From: an uncultured Chloroflexia bacterium
GTDB taxonomy: Bacteria > Chloroflexota > Dehalococcoidia > DSTF01 > JALHUB01
Direction of reading: 5' to 3'
Assembly: GCA_963726245.1 (NCBI GenBank)
Contig: CAVSBT010000014.1
Location: forward strand, 1-26,191
Length of the DNA: 26,191 nt
Shown: positions 7,685 through 15,665 of the stretch, piece after piece
Numbering within the stretch: position 1 is the first letter of the stretch
How the letters are laid out: every line of letters begins with the position of its first letter
The notes under the pieces: generated by a model
Databases searched by the model: none
What the model was told of the DNA's origin: nothing
The model's input: the letters and a program-made list of their open reading frames with translations, nothing else
Made by a program: the position numbers and the translations under genes

Positions 7685-10081
7685 ATGACAACGAGCACCC
7701 CGCAGGCCTCCGCCGCCATCTGGTCGCCGTCCCCCTCGCTTTCGCCGCGCGTCCGTCGCCTTCGGGAGGAGTTCTTCTCCTTCGCGGCCCGCGACCACTT
7801 CCGCAACGAGGTCCGCCCCTACGGCAGCGGCACCCCCTGGGACGAAGTCTGGTCTCCCTACCACTGGGGAGTCGTTCCGGAGATGTACCCCCTGTTCGAC
7901 GCCGTCAGCGACAGCCTGCTGGCGGCCGCCGAGACCGTGCCCCTGCCGGACGGCTTCTGGGCCGAGCCGCTGGTGGTCCGCCGCGCCCTCTTCTTCGGCG
8001 CGGTCGTCGAGCGCTGGCTGCCGGTGAAGATCCTGGACGGCGAACTCATCGTCGGGTCCTACTTCAACACCGCCCTCTCAAAGACTCACGCGCGGGCGGA
8101 GGCCCGCACCTGGCGGCAGGGCGTCCGCCGCTGGCGAAAGAAGGCGCGGGAGCTCAACGACACCGGCACCGGCAACTGCGGCGCCATCCCCGGCCACCTG
8201 ATCCCTAACTACCCGAAGGTGCTGCGATTGGGCTTCCGCCGCATCGCCGCCGAACTTGAGGAGATGCGGGCCCGGGAGCCCGACGCGACGAGACGCGACT
8301 TCCTGCGCGCGCTCATCACCTGCTGCGAAGCCGCCATCGCCTTTGCCGGGCGTTACGCAGACGAAGCCGACCGGCTGGCGCAGAAGGAGACGGACCCCGC
8401 GCGACGGGTCGAACTGGAGAAGATCGCCGGTATCTGCCGCCGGGTGCCGGCGGAACCGGCCGCGACCTTCCAGGAAGCGCTCCAATCGCTCTGGTTCGCT
8501 CACATGCTGGTCATGGCCGCTGAGTCCTACCCGGGGCCCGGCCTCTCGCCCGGGCGCATCGACCAGTACCTCTACCCCTACTACCAGGCGGACGTGGCGA
8601 ACGGAGGGCTCGACCGCCAACAAGCCCGGGAACTCCTCCAGTGCCTCTGGATCAAGCACAACTACGCCTACGATTATCAGGGCCGGATCGGCAACCAGGG
8701 GATCAACTCCGGCTTCGGGCAACTGATCACGCTGGGCGGCACCAACCCCGATGGCAGCGACGCCAGCAACGACCTCACCTGGCTGATACTGGACGTCATC
8801 GAGGAGATGAACCTGCTGGAGCCCAAGCCCAACGTCCGCCTCCACGAGAAGACGCCAGAGGACCTGCTGCGCCGTGTCGCCGGGCTGATCGCCCGCGCCC
8901 AGGGCTCGCCCTTCCTGCTCAACTTCGACGAGGCGTCGATCCGCGGCCTGGCCTGGCAGGGGCTCCCCAAAGAACAGCTCTGGGACTACGCGCCGGTCGG
9001 CTGCCTGGAGAACACCCTCCAGGGCTGCGACCGCTCCGGCACCGTCGACGTCAACCTGAACCTGGCCAAGGCGGTCGAACTCACGCTCAATGACGGCGTC
9101 GACATGGCGACCGGCCAGCGCCTGGGCCCGCGGACCGGCAACCCGCGCGCGTTCCCGGACTTCCCGTCGTTCCTGGCCGCCTTCAAGCGCCAACTCACGG
9201 CGCTGCTCGAACAACTCATCGACTGTAACAACCAGGCGGACGCCCTGCGCGCCGGGTTCGACCCGACGCCATACCTGAGCGTGCTGGTCGATGGCTGCGC
9301 CGAGAGCGGCCGCGACGTCACCGCCGGCGGCGCCCGCCACAACTACATCACCGTCGAGGGCATCGCCCTGGCGACGGCGGTGGACTCGCTCGTCGCCGTC
9401 AAGCACCTGGTTTACGACGAGCGGCGCGTGACCATGGACGACGTGCTGGTCGCCATCCGCGCCAACTTCGAGGGGCACGAGGACCTGCGCCGGATCCTTG
9501 CCAACAGAGCCCCGAAGTTCGGCATGGATGACCTGGAGGTAGACGGCCTGGCCCGGGAGGTGTCACGGTTCTGGACGGAGGAGGCGTTCCGTCACGTCTC
9601 ACCGGCCACCGGCCGGCGCTACCGCGGCGGCTACCTCTCCTGGAACTACTGGATTGGCTACGCGCCGCTGACCGCCGCCACGCCCGACGGGCGCCGGCGG
9701 GGGACGTTCCTCTCCAACGGCGTATGCCCGGTCACCGGTGCTGACCGCGAAGGGCCCACCGCCGCGATTCAGTCGGTGGGTCACCTGGGACTTGAGACGG
9801 CGCCCAACGGCGCATCCCACACGCTGAACCTTAGCCCATCGCTCCTGCGCGACGAAGAGCATGTTGCCAAGCTGGCGGCCCTCCTGCGGGCGTACTGCCG
9901 CGTGGGCGGCACCGCTCTCCAGGTCAACGTCCTCGACCCCGACACACTGCGGGCGGCCCAGGCGGATCCGGAAACGTACCGCAACCTGCTGGTGCGCGTG
10001 ACGGGCTACAACGCGTACTTCGTCACCCTGGGGCGCGAGCTCCAGGATGAGATCATCGCTCGCGAAGCGGGGCCGGTGTAA
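7685..10081 (+). CDS. Glycyl radical enzyme (PFL-like superfamily), substrate unknown
   Basis: 798 aa with the C-terminal Gly loop RNLLVRVTGYNAYF and a single-Cys loop APVGCLE, plus GRIDQYLYPYY, APKFG and ATPDGRRRG. Followed by an activase gene. Confidence 0.95.
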   Translation: MTTSTPQASAAIWSPSPSLSPRVRRLREEFFSFAARDHFRNEVRPYGSGTPWDEVWSPYHWGVVPEMYPLFDAVSDSLLAAAETVPLPDGFWAEPLVVRRALFFGAVVERWLPVKILDGELIVGSYFNTALSKTHARAEARTWRQGVRRWRKKARELNDTGTGNCGAIPGHLIPNYPKVLRLGFRRIAAELEEMRAREPDATRRDFLRALITCCEAAIAFAGRYADEADRLAQKETDPARRVELEKIAGICRRVPAEPAATFQEALQSLWFAHMLVMAAESYPGPGLSPGRIDQYLYPYYQADVANGGLDRQQARELLQCLWIKHNYAYDYQGRIGNQGINSGFGQLITLGGTNPDGSDASNDLTWLILDVIEEMNLLEPKPNVRLHEKTPEDLLRRVAGLIARAQGSPFLLNFDEASIRGLAWQGLPKEQLWDYAPVGCLENTLQGCDRSGTVDVNLNLAKAVELTLNDGVDMATGQRLGPRTGNPRAFPDFPSFLAAFKRQLTALLEQLIDCNNQADALRAGFDPTPYLSVLVDGCAESGRDVTAGGARHNYITVEGIALATAVDSLVAVKHLVYDERRVTMDDVLVAIRANFEGHEDLRRILANRAPKFGMDDLEVDGLAREVSRFWTEEAFRHVSPATGRRYRGGYLSWNYWIGYAPLTAATPDGRRRGTFLSNGVCPVTGADREGPTAAIQSVGHLGLETAPNGASHTLNLSPSLLRDEEHVAKLAALLRAYCRVGGTALQVNVLDPDTLRAAQADPETYRNLLVRVTGYNAYFVTLGRELQDEIIAREAGPV

Positions 10082-10097
10082 CGCCCCGGAAGGGGCG
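10082..10097 (+). other. GC hairpin with GGAA tetraloop directly after the GRE stop codon
   Basis: CGCCCC-GGAA-GGGGCG with no U-tract. The 3' arm contains the SD-like AAGGGG of the small ORF at 10102. Confidence 0.45.
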
Positions 10098-10101
10098 AAC
10101 C

Positions 10102-10215
10102 ATGTGTGACTCCAAGCACTACACGGAGACAGCGGCCTGTCGCCACGGCCGCGACGCTGGGGCGGACACCCCCAATGCTGGCGAATCCGGCGAGAAGGTG
10201 TACGAGTGGCCGTGA
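10102..10215 (+). CDS. Putative 37-aa small protein between GRE and activase
   Basis: Translated by hand: MCDSKHYTETAACRHGRDAGADTPNAGESGEKVYEWP. 29 of the 36 codons after ATG end in G/C. Its TGA overlaps an in-frame GTG of the activase gene (GTGA, 10212-10215). Confidence 0.35.
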   Translation: MCDSKHYTETAACRHGRDAGADTPNAGESGEKVYEWP

Positions 10216-11183
10216 CGCACGCCACGCGCTCGGCGAAGACAGCGGATAGCGCGGGAGCGGTCACCGGCGTCACCTTCAACGTGCAGCGCTTCAGCACCGA
10301 GGACGGCCCCGGCATCCGCACAACCGTCTTCATGAAGGGCTGCCCGCTGCGGTGCCGCTGGTGCCACAACCCAGAGGGCCTCTCGCCGCACCCGCAACTG
10401 GTCTGGTACGACGTGCGCTGCATGGGCGCCCGTGCCTGCCTGGCCGCCTGCCCGACCGGAGCCCTGGAACTGACGCCGGCGGGAATGCGCATCGACCGCG
10501 AGCGCTGCTCACCCTGCGACCTCTGCGCCGGAGCCTGTCCCAGCGGCGCCCTCGAGGTCATCGGCAGGCGATGGACGCCGAAGGAGCTCTTCGCGCTTGT
10601 GGCCAGGGACACCGTCTTCTACGAGACGTCAGGCGGAGGCGTGACGGTGTCCGGCGGCGAGCCCGCCATGCAGCCTGACTTCCTGGAGGCGTTCCTGGCG
10701 CTGTGCCACGAAGGCGGCATCGCCGCGGCCATCGACACCTGCGGCTACGCGGACTGGAGCGTTTACGAGCGCCTGCTGCCGCACGTTAGCCTGGTGCTGT
10801 TCGACCTGAAGGTGGCCGACCGGGAGCGGCACCGCGAGGCAACGGGCGTCTACCCGGAGCGCATCTTCGAGAACGCCGCCGCCATCGCAGCGCGGGGCGT
10901 GCCCATGTGGGTGCGGACGCCGGTGATCCCCGGCTACTCGGACGACGAGGAGAACATCGCGGCGCTGGCCGCGTTCATCGCCGGACGGCTGCCGACAGTC
11001 CAGCGCTGGGACCTGCTCGCCTACACGAACCTGGGGCGGCCCAAGTACCACCGCCTGGACCTGCCCTACGCGCTGGAAGACACGGACCTGCCCCTGCGGG
11101 AGCGGATGGAGCGACTGGCTGCCGTCGCTGTGCAGGGCGGCGTGCCGAACGTGACGTGGTCCGGCGCTACCCGGGACCGATGA
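10206..11183 (+). CDS. Glycyl-radical enzyme activating protein (radical SAM, with ferredoxin insert)
   Basis: QRFSTEDGPGIRTTVFMKGCPLRCRWCHNPE, a ferredoxin-like insert (CMGARACLAACP...CSPCDLCAGACP) and GGGVTVSGGEP. Start is GTG 10206 or GTG 10212. Confidence 0.95.
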   Translation: MAVTHATRSAKTADSAGAVTGVTFNVQRFSTEDGPGIRTTVFMKGCPLRCRWCHNPEGLSPHPQLVWYDVRCMGARACLAACPTGALELTPAGMRIDRERCSPCDLCAGACPSGALEVIGRRWTPKELFALVARDTVFYETSGGGVTVSGGEPAMQPDFLEAFLALCHEGGIAAAIDTCGYADWSVYERLLPHVSLVLFDLKVADRERHREATGVYPERIFENAAAIAARGVPMWVRTPVIPGYSDDEENIAALAAFIAGRLPTVQRWDLLAYTNLGRPKYHRLDLPYALEDTDLPLRERMERLAAVAVQGGVPNVTWSGATRDR

Positions 11184-11184
11184 C

Positions 11185-12021
11185 ATGACCACCCTCGACC
11201 TCTCCGAGGCCAAACTTGACGCGGGAGCCGTCGGCGTACTCTCAGAGCTGCGCGCGCCCAAGTTCCTGGCCACCCGCGACGCCGACGGAGTCCCGAACGT
11301 CGTGCCGGTGCTCTCCCTCGAGGCCTTCGACGAGCGGACCATCGTCTTTGGGGAGATGATGATCTGGAAGACGCGCCGGAACCTGGAGGCGGACCCGCGG
11401 GTGTCAATCCTGGTCCTCTCGCCCGACTTGCGGGCCTGGACGGTCCGCGGCCGGTTCGTGGAGTTCCGGAGCAGCGGCCCCTACTTCGACCACGTCGCAT
11501 CCAACGAGAGCGCCCGCTACAACCCTTACGGCAGCTACCGGAGCGCCGGGGTCATCGAGGTGCTGGGAGTATCCCGCACCTCGCAGTTCTCGCAGCGCGG
11601 CCTGCTCCTGGACACCGCCCGCTGCCGCCTGCTGGCGCGCGGCCTCTCGCGCGACGGCCGGACGCTGCCGGCCATGCCGCTTCAGGTGGAGGAGAAGTTC
11701 GGCCGGCTGAAGGCGGCCAAGGCGCTGGCCATCGTCGATGCTTCCGGTCACCCCGACTGCCTCCCGGCCCTGCCGCTGACGACGGCGGGACGCGGACGCC
11801 TGGTGTTCGGCGGCGCCACCGCCCGCGACCTGGCCGGACTCGCGCCCGGCACACCCATCGCCGCCGCCGTCCTCACCCTGGAACCGGTCGCCTACCAGGT
11901 GAAGGGCACGTTCGCCGGCCTGCGCCGCAGCCTGGGGCAGGCGCTCGGCGTCATCGACGTGCGGGAGGCGTATAGCGCCTGCCCGCCGCTGCCGGGCCAC
12001 CCGCTGCCGATGAAGCCCTGA
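11185..12021 (+). CDS. Pyridoxamine 5'-phosphate oxidase-like protein with two FMN-binding split-barrel repeats
   Basis: KFLATRDADGVPNVVP...KTRRNLEADPRVSIL...VRG, then a second degenerate copy KALAIVDASGHPDCLP...YQVKG. Starts 1 bp after the activase stop codon. Confidence 0.8.
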   Translation: MTTLDLSEAKLDAGAVGVLSELRAPKFLATRDADGVPNVVPVLSLEAFDERTIVFGEMMIWKTRRNLEADPRVSILVLSPDLRAWTVRGRFVEFRSSGPYFDHVASNESARYNPYGSYRSAGVIEVLGVSRTSQFSQRGLLLDTARCRLLARGLSRDGRTLPAMPLQVEEKFGRLKAAKALAIVDASGHPDCLPALPLTTAGRGRLVFGGATARDLAGLAPGTPIAAAVLTLEPVAYQVKGTFAGLRRSLGQALGVIDVREAYSACPPLPGHPLPMKP

Positions 12022-12154
12022 AGACCGCAGACGCCGCCTGGTCCGTTTCCGCCCCACGTACTTCTATGGCGGTGTAGCGAAGAAAGGGCTACACTGGGGC
12101 CGATCCTGCGCGGAGCGAGGGGCAGGTCTTTGAGTACCACAGGCAAGGGGGCGT

Positions 12155-13477
12155 ATGACAATGCTACCACGATTCCGACGCGGATTCCTTCTCGCAGCCA
12201 TTCTTCTGGCCGGTCTCCTCCTGTTGAGTTGCGGTGGGGGGGACGAGGCGGGCAGCAAGACGCCCGCGGCAACACAGCCAGCAGGCGCGGGTACCCCAGG
12301 CACCGAGAAAGTGCCGGGGGTAACGGACACTGAGATCCTGCTCGGCAGCCATTTCGCTTTGAGCCAGTCGCCGGCGGCCGCCTACGCGCCCATCCTCGAC
12401 GGCTATCGCGCCTACTTCGACTACGTCAATTCCAAGGGGGGTGTCTACGGGCGCAAGATCAAGCTTCTGGTAGGCGATGACCACTACAACCCGGCGGACA
12501 CCCTGGAGGTCGTACGCAAGCTGGTGGAGCAGGAAGGCATCTTCGCCATGATCGGCTGCCTGGGCGAGTCCACCCATACCACCGTCTGGAAGTACCTGGA
12601 GGAGCAGGGCATCCCTGACCTCTTCCAGACCAGCGGCATCGTCAAATGGACGGACCCGGTGGCGCACACCCGCTTCGGCGGTAACCCCGACTACAGTACC
12701 GAGGGGAAGATACTCGGCAAGTATATTGCCGAGCACTACAACGGGAAGAAGCTGGGCCTGCTGCTCCAGAACGACGAGATCGGGGTGGACGGCGAGGCGG
12801 GCATTCGCGCTGGCCTGGAAGGCAGCGACGTCGAGATCGTGGCCCGCGAGACCTTCGAGACTACCCAGTGGGACGTCACCGCCCAGACGCAGCGGCTTAA
12901 GAACGCCAACCCGGACGTCGTCGCCGCCTACGCCATCCCGCCGCCCGCCGCCAGCATGGTCAAGGTGGCGCGCGAGGTCCTGAACTGGGATGTGCCCTTC
13001 GTGACCACCGGCGTGGTCGTCTCCGACATCTTCGGGCAGCTCGCCGGCGTTCAGAACGCGGAGGGCATGATCAGCGTAACCTTCGGCAAGCAGCTTTTCC
13101 AAACGGACGACCCCGCGATCCAACTGCACCTCCAGATCATGAAGGACTTCGGCCAGGGCGTTCCGCCGAGCAACTTCACCCTCTACGGGCAGGCCATGGC
13201 CGAGATCATGGTGAAGGGGCTGGAGAACGCGGGCCCTGACCTGACACGAGAGAGCTTGATCAGTGGCCTCGAGTCCATCCGCGACTGGTGTTGCACCGCA
13301 TGCATGGTGCCTGTGAACATGAGCCCCACTGACCACCGTCCCATGGAGATGGAATTCTACGTCACGATGCACAACGGCAACTGGGTGCCGTTCGGCGAGC
13401 CGATCAGTTTCGAATCCACGCCGGGCAAAGCCATAGGCTGCAAGGGCATGGGCGAGCCCGTCTACGCCGGCGAATGA
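12155..13477 (+). CDS. ABC transporter substrate-binding lipoprotein (LivJ/branched-chain amino acid-like family)
   Basis: Signal peptide with lipobox LLLSC, PGVTDTEILLG, VNSKGGVYGRKIKLLVGDDHYNP and QRLKNANPD. No permease or ATPase genes are adjacent. Confidence 0.9.
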   Translation: MTMLPRFRRGFLLAAILLAGLLLLSCGGGDEAGSKTPAATQPAGAGTPGTEKVPGVTDTEILLGSHFALSQSPAAAYAPILDGYRAYFDYVNSKGGVYGRKIKLLVGDDHYNPADTLEVVRKLVEQEGIFAMIGCLGESTHTTVWKYLEEQGIPDLFQTSGIVKWTDPVAHTRFGGNPDYSTEGKILGKYIAEHYNGKKLGLLLQNDEIGVDGEAGIRAGLEGSDVEIVARETFETTQWDVTAQTQRLKNANPDVVAAYAIPPPAASMVKVAREVLNWDVPFVTTGVVVSDIFGQLAGVQNAEGMISVTFGKQLFQTDDPAIQLHLQIMKDFGQGVPPSNFTLYGQAMAEIMVKGLENAGPDLTRESLISGLESIRDWCCTACMVPVNMSPTDHRPMEMEFYVTMHNGNWVPFGEPISFESTPGKAIGCKGMGEPVYAGE

Positions 13478-13641
13478 GAGTGACGCCGGTTCATGCGCCG
13501 CTGTTCCTCTTGGAGCGCAGGGAACGCTTTGGGGGGAAAGGCGCATTGAGCGGCATCTAGGTCGAAGGGCGCGACACTTGACGAAAGGGCCTAGACAGCC
13601 GAGCGCGCCGGCGCCCTAGCTACGCAAGGACCTCTTTCTCA

Positions 13642-14202
13642 CTACGGGCCGAAGACTGCCTTCACTTGTAGCTTCTGGGCCGACTGCACAGCGTCGTTCG
13701 TCGGGACCGTGATCTCGAACAGGTGAGGGCCGTCCATCCCCGTCATCATGTGCGTCTCGAAGGAAAGCGTCGTCTTCTCGCCTGGCTTGACTGTCGTGGA
13801 ACCCACGACCGGCTGGAATGGTCAACAACCCTCCAGCACCTTCACGCTGGGCTCGGAGATGACCAGCGGCGCGTCGCCGACGTTCTGGAGGTCGAATGAG
13901 TGGGAGACGTTCGTCATCAGCGGGACCTGGCCAAGGTCCACCTCTGTCGTGGGAAGGTAGAGGCGCGCTCCACCCGTGTACGGCTGAGCGGCGCTGGCGG
14001 CAGATGGGGTGACGGGTGTTGTGTCAGGAGCCACGGCCGACTGTTGATCGCTGCCCCCGCGACTGCGAACGAGGTCCGCAGTCAGGAAGACGGCGATGCC
14101 GACGATTGCGGCCAGCACTCCCCAGCCCACGATCTTGAGGGGCGTGATCCGGCGATGCCCGCCGCTCTTGATCTGCTTGCGTTTCTTATGTTTTGGGTTC
14201 AC
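13642..14202 (-). CDS. Membrane-anchored DUF1573-like Ig-fold protein, probable selenoprotein (Cys-Sec motif, in-frame TGA at 13822-13824)
   Basis: The ORF track stops at ...KVLEGC-TGA, but the frame continues PFQPVVGSTTVKPGEKTTLSFETHMMTGMDGPHLFEITVPTNDAVQSAQKLQVKAVFGP to TAG at 13642, giving 186 aa. This completes the DLG.V...F...NVGDAPL.I...C...PG...TND Ig-like pattern. A SECIS-like hairpin follows the TGA. Confidence 0.8.
13793..13809 (-). promoter_or_regulatory. Putative bacterial SECIS element
   Basis: On the mRNA: UGA, 12 nt, then GUCGUGG-GUU-CCACGAC. This is a perfect 7-bp stem with G at the start of the apical loop, a geometry similar to the E. coli fdhF SECIS. Confidence 0.65.
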
Positions 14203-14283
14203 AGTTCACCCCCTTGTGTCCACCGCCTCGACAAGCCCGCTGCCTCCCGCGCCTTCTTAGAAGCGCCCCGAGTCAGGCCGCCC

Positions 14284-14781
14284 CTATCCTTCGGTGATGG
14301 GCGGAGTGTCCGTCGACGGCCCGTACTTGCTGTACTTGGCGTCGACGTTCTGCCGGATGTCCTTTGCACTCAGTCCCTGGCCTTTCAGAGTCATTACATC
14401 GGCGGCTATGTCCACGCAGGTTCGACAGCCCGAGGCATGGCTCTCGTAGGTTCCGTCCGGCTTAATGAAGCACTCCTTCAAATTGTGGTGCGCGGTGGCG
14501 TGCATGCCGCAGCCGCAATAGCAGGGCATCTTCGTGAAGAGATCCTCGTTGGCGACGGCAGCCTGGTATCCAGCCAGCGTCGCGCTTGACGTGTGAGCGA
14601 ACGCCGGCAATTCGCCGCCCGCCTGCGCGGCTACGCTCTCCGACGCGGGATCGCCGCCCCGCGCGGTGACCCACAGGAAAGCGCCGCCCGCGATGAGGGC
14701 GATCACCACAACCAAAGCAGCCCCGCGAATGCCGTCACGCCGCCACGCTCTCGTGCTCCCCGCAGTTTCTCTCGATTTCAT
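14284..14781 (-). CDS. PCYCGC motif-containing membrane-anchored protein
   Basis: N-terminal TM helix, MPCYCGCGMHATAHHNLKECF and HASGCRTCVDIA. AAAGGAG SD precedes ATG 14781 (165 aa); the longer ORF start overlaps the upstream gene. Confidence 0.85.
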   Translation of the reverse strand: MKSRETAGSTRAWRRDGIRGAALVVVIALIAGGAFLWVTARGGDPASESVAAQAGGELPAFAHTSSATLAGYQAAVANEDLFTKMPCYCGCGMHATAHHNLKECFIKPDGTYESHASGCRTCVDIAADVMTLKGQGLSAKDIRQNVDAKYSKYGPSTDTPPITEG

Positions 14782-14876
14782 GCTTGTCGCTCCTTTTGCT
14801 GTGTGCCTCAGAACGGGGTTGGAATCGTTCAACGGATCAGAAGTATCCACCTCTAGTCGCCGAGGAGTCGCGTTGC

Positions 14877-15263
14877 CTAGGCCCTCGGCTCCACAATCAG
14901 CTCTCCCCACATCTGGTGATGTCCATCCCCGCAGACATTGGTGCACGTGAATCCAAACGTGCCCGGCTTATCCGCGACGAACTCGACATCCGTGTATTTC
15001 CCTGGATATACGGCCTCCACAGCGACGTCGTAGCCTTCAAGGAGAAAGCCGTGTACCACGTCATCGCTGGTGAGACGCAGATGAACGACGTCACCCTCGG
15101 TCACGCGAATTGTCTGTGGATTCCAAGTGCTATTGGCGCCGACGAGCGTGAATTCTTGGTCCGACTGGGTCCGCAGAACGCGCTGATAGCCGAGCGTGGC
15201 CGCCGGCATGCCCAGCAGGACGAGCACAACCAGCCCAATAGCAAGCTTCTCGAGGGTGGACAT
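14877..15263 (-). CDS. Cupredoxin with CuA-type motif (cytochrome c oxidase subunit II C-terminal-like domain)
   Basis: N-terminal TM helix, LTSDDVVHGF and CTNVCGDGHHQM (H...CxxxCxxxHxxM). Confidence 0.88.
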   Translation of the reverse strand: MSTLEKLAIGLVVLVLLGMPAATLGYQRVLRTQSDQEFTLVGANSTWNPQTIRVTEGDVVHLRLTSDDVVHGFLLEGYDVAVEAVYPGKYTDVEFVADKPGTFGFTCTNVCGDGHHQMWGELIVEPRA

Positions 15264-15265
15264 CG

Positions 15266-15646
15266 TCAGACCTCACCGTTTGAATTCGATAGCTCCCAGT
15301 AGTCTGACCCCATTGGTAGCTTCGTGCCCCTGTCTTCCAGGACGCCGGGATGAGGTATGAGGCCAAAGGCGGCACGCATTTCCGCTGCGCCGCCCACGTA
15401 CAAGGCGTTGCACTGGAAGAGCAAGCTCTCGACATCGCCGTGAATCCGGCTCGGAGCCAGAACGCTCAAGAGGTGAACGTGCTCGCGGCTATGGCCGTTG
15501 TGACCGTTCACGCTCGTGCAAACGCCGATGAGATCGCGCCGGACCTTGAGCGCCTCCAACCGAGCGACCGCTGCATCCACCTGCTCATGGTCTGCGAAGG
15601 CGGCCACAACGATGGGCAACTTCCTTCCTGGCTGGACCACCGACAT
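15266..15646 (-). CDS. Hypothetical protein with His-rich loop
   Basis: Fills the gap in a tightly packed operon. GAGG SD lies 6 nt before ATG 15646. Contains CTSVNGHNGHSREHVH. Confidence 0.65.
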   Translation of the reverse strand: MSVVQPGRKLPIVVAAFADHEQVDAAVARLEALKVRRDLIGVCTSVNGHNGHSREHVHLLSVLAPSRIHGDVESLLFQCNALYVGGAAEMRAAFGLIPHPGVLEDRGTKLPMGSDYWELSNSNGEV

Positions 15647-15665
15647 CATTCCCCTCAAATCACAG

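Noticed and set aside
7685-10081. Calling the GRE pyruvate formate-lyase (pflB) or choline TMA-lyase (cutC)
   Set aside because: It lacks the PFL Cys-Cys pair, there is no cut or microcompartment context, and I cannot verify the specificity residues.
13616-13828. 70-aa minus-strand ORF as a separate downstream gene or frameshift partner
   Set aside because: It is in a different frame with no domain features; in-frame read-through of TGA 13822 explains the region better.
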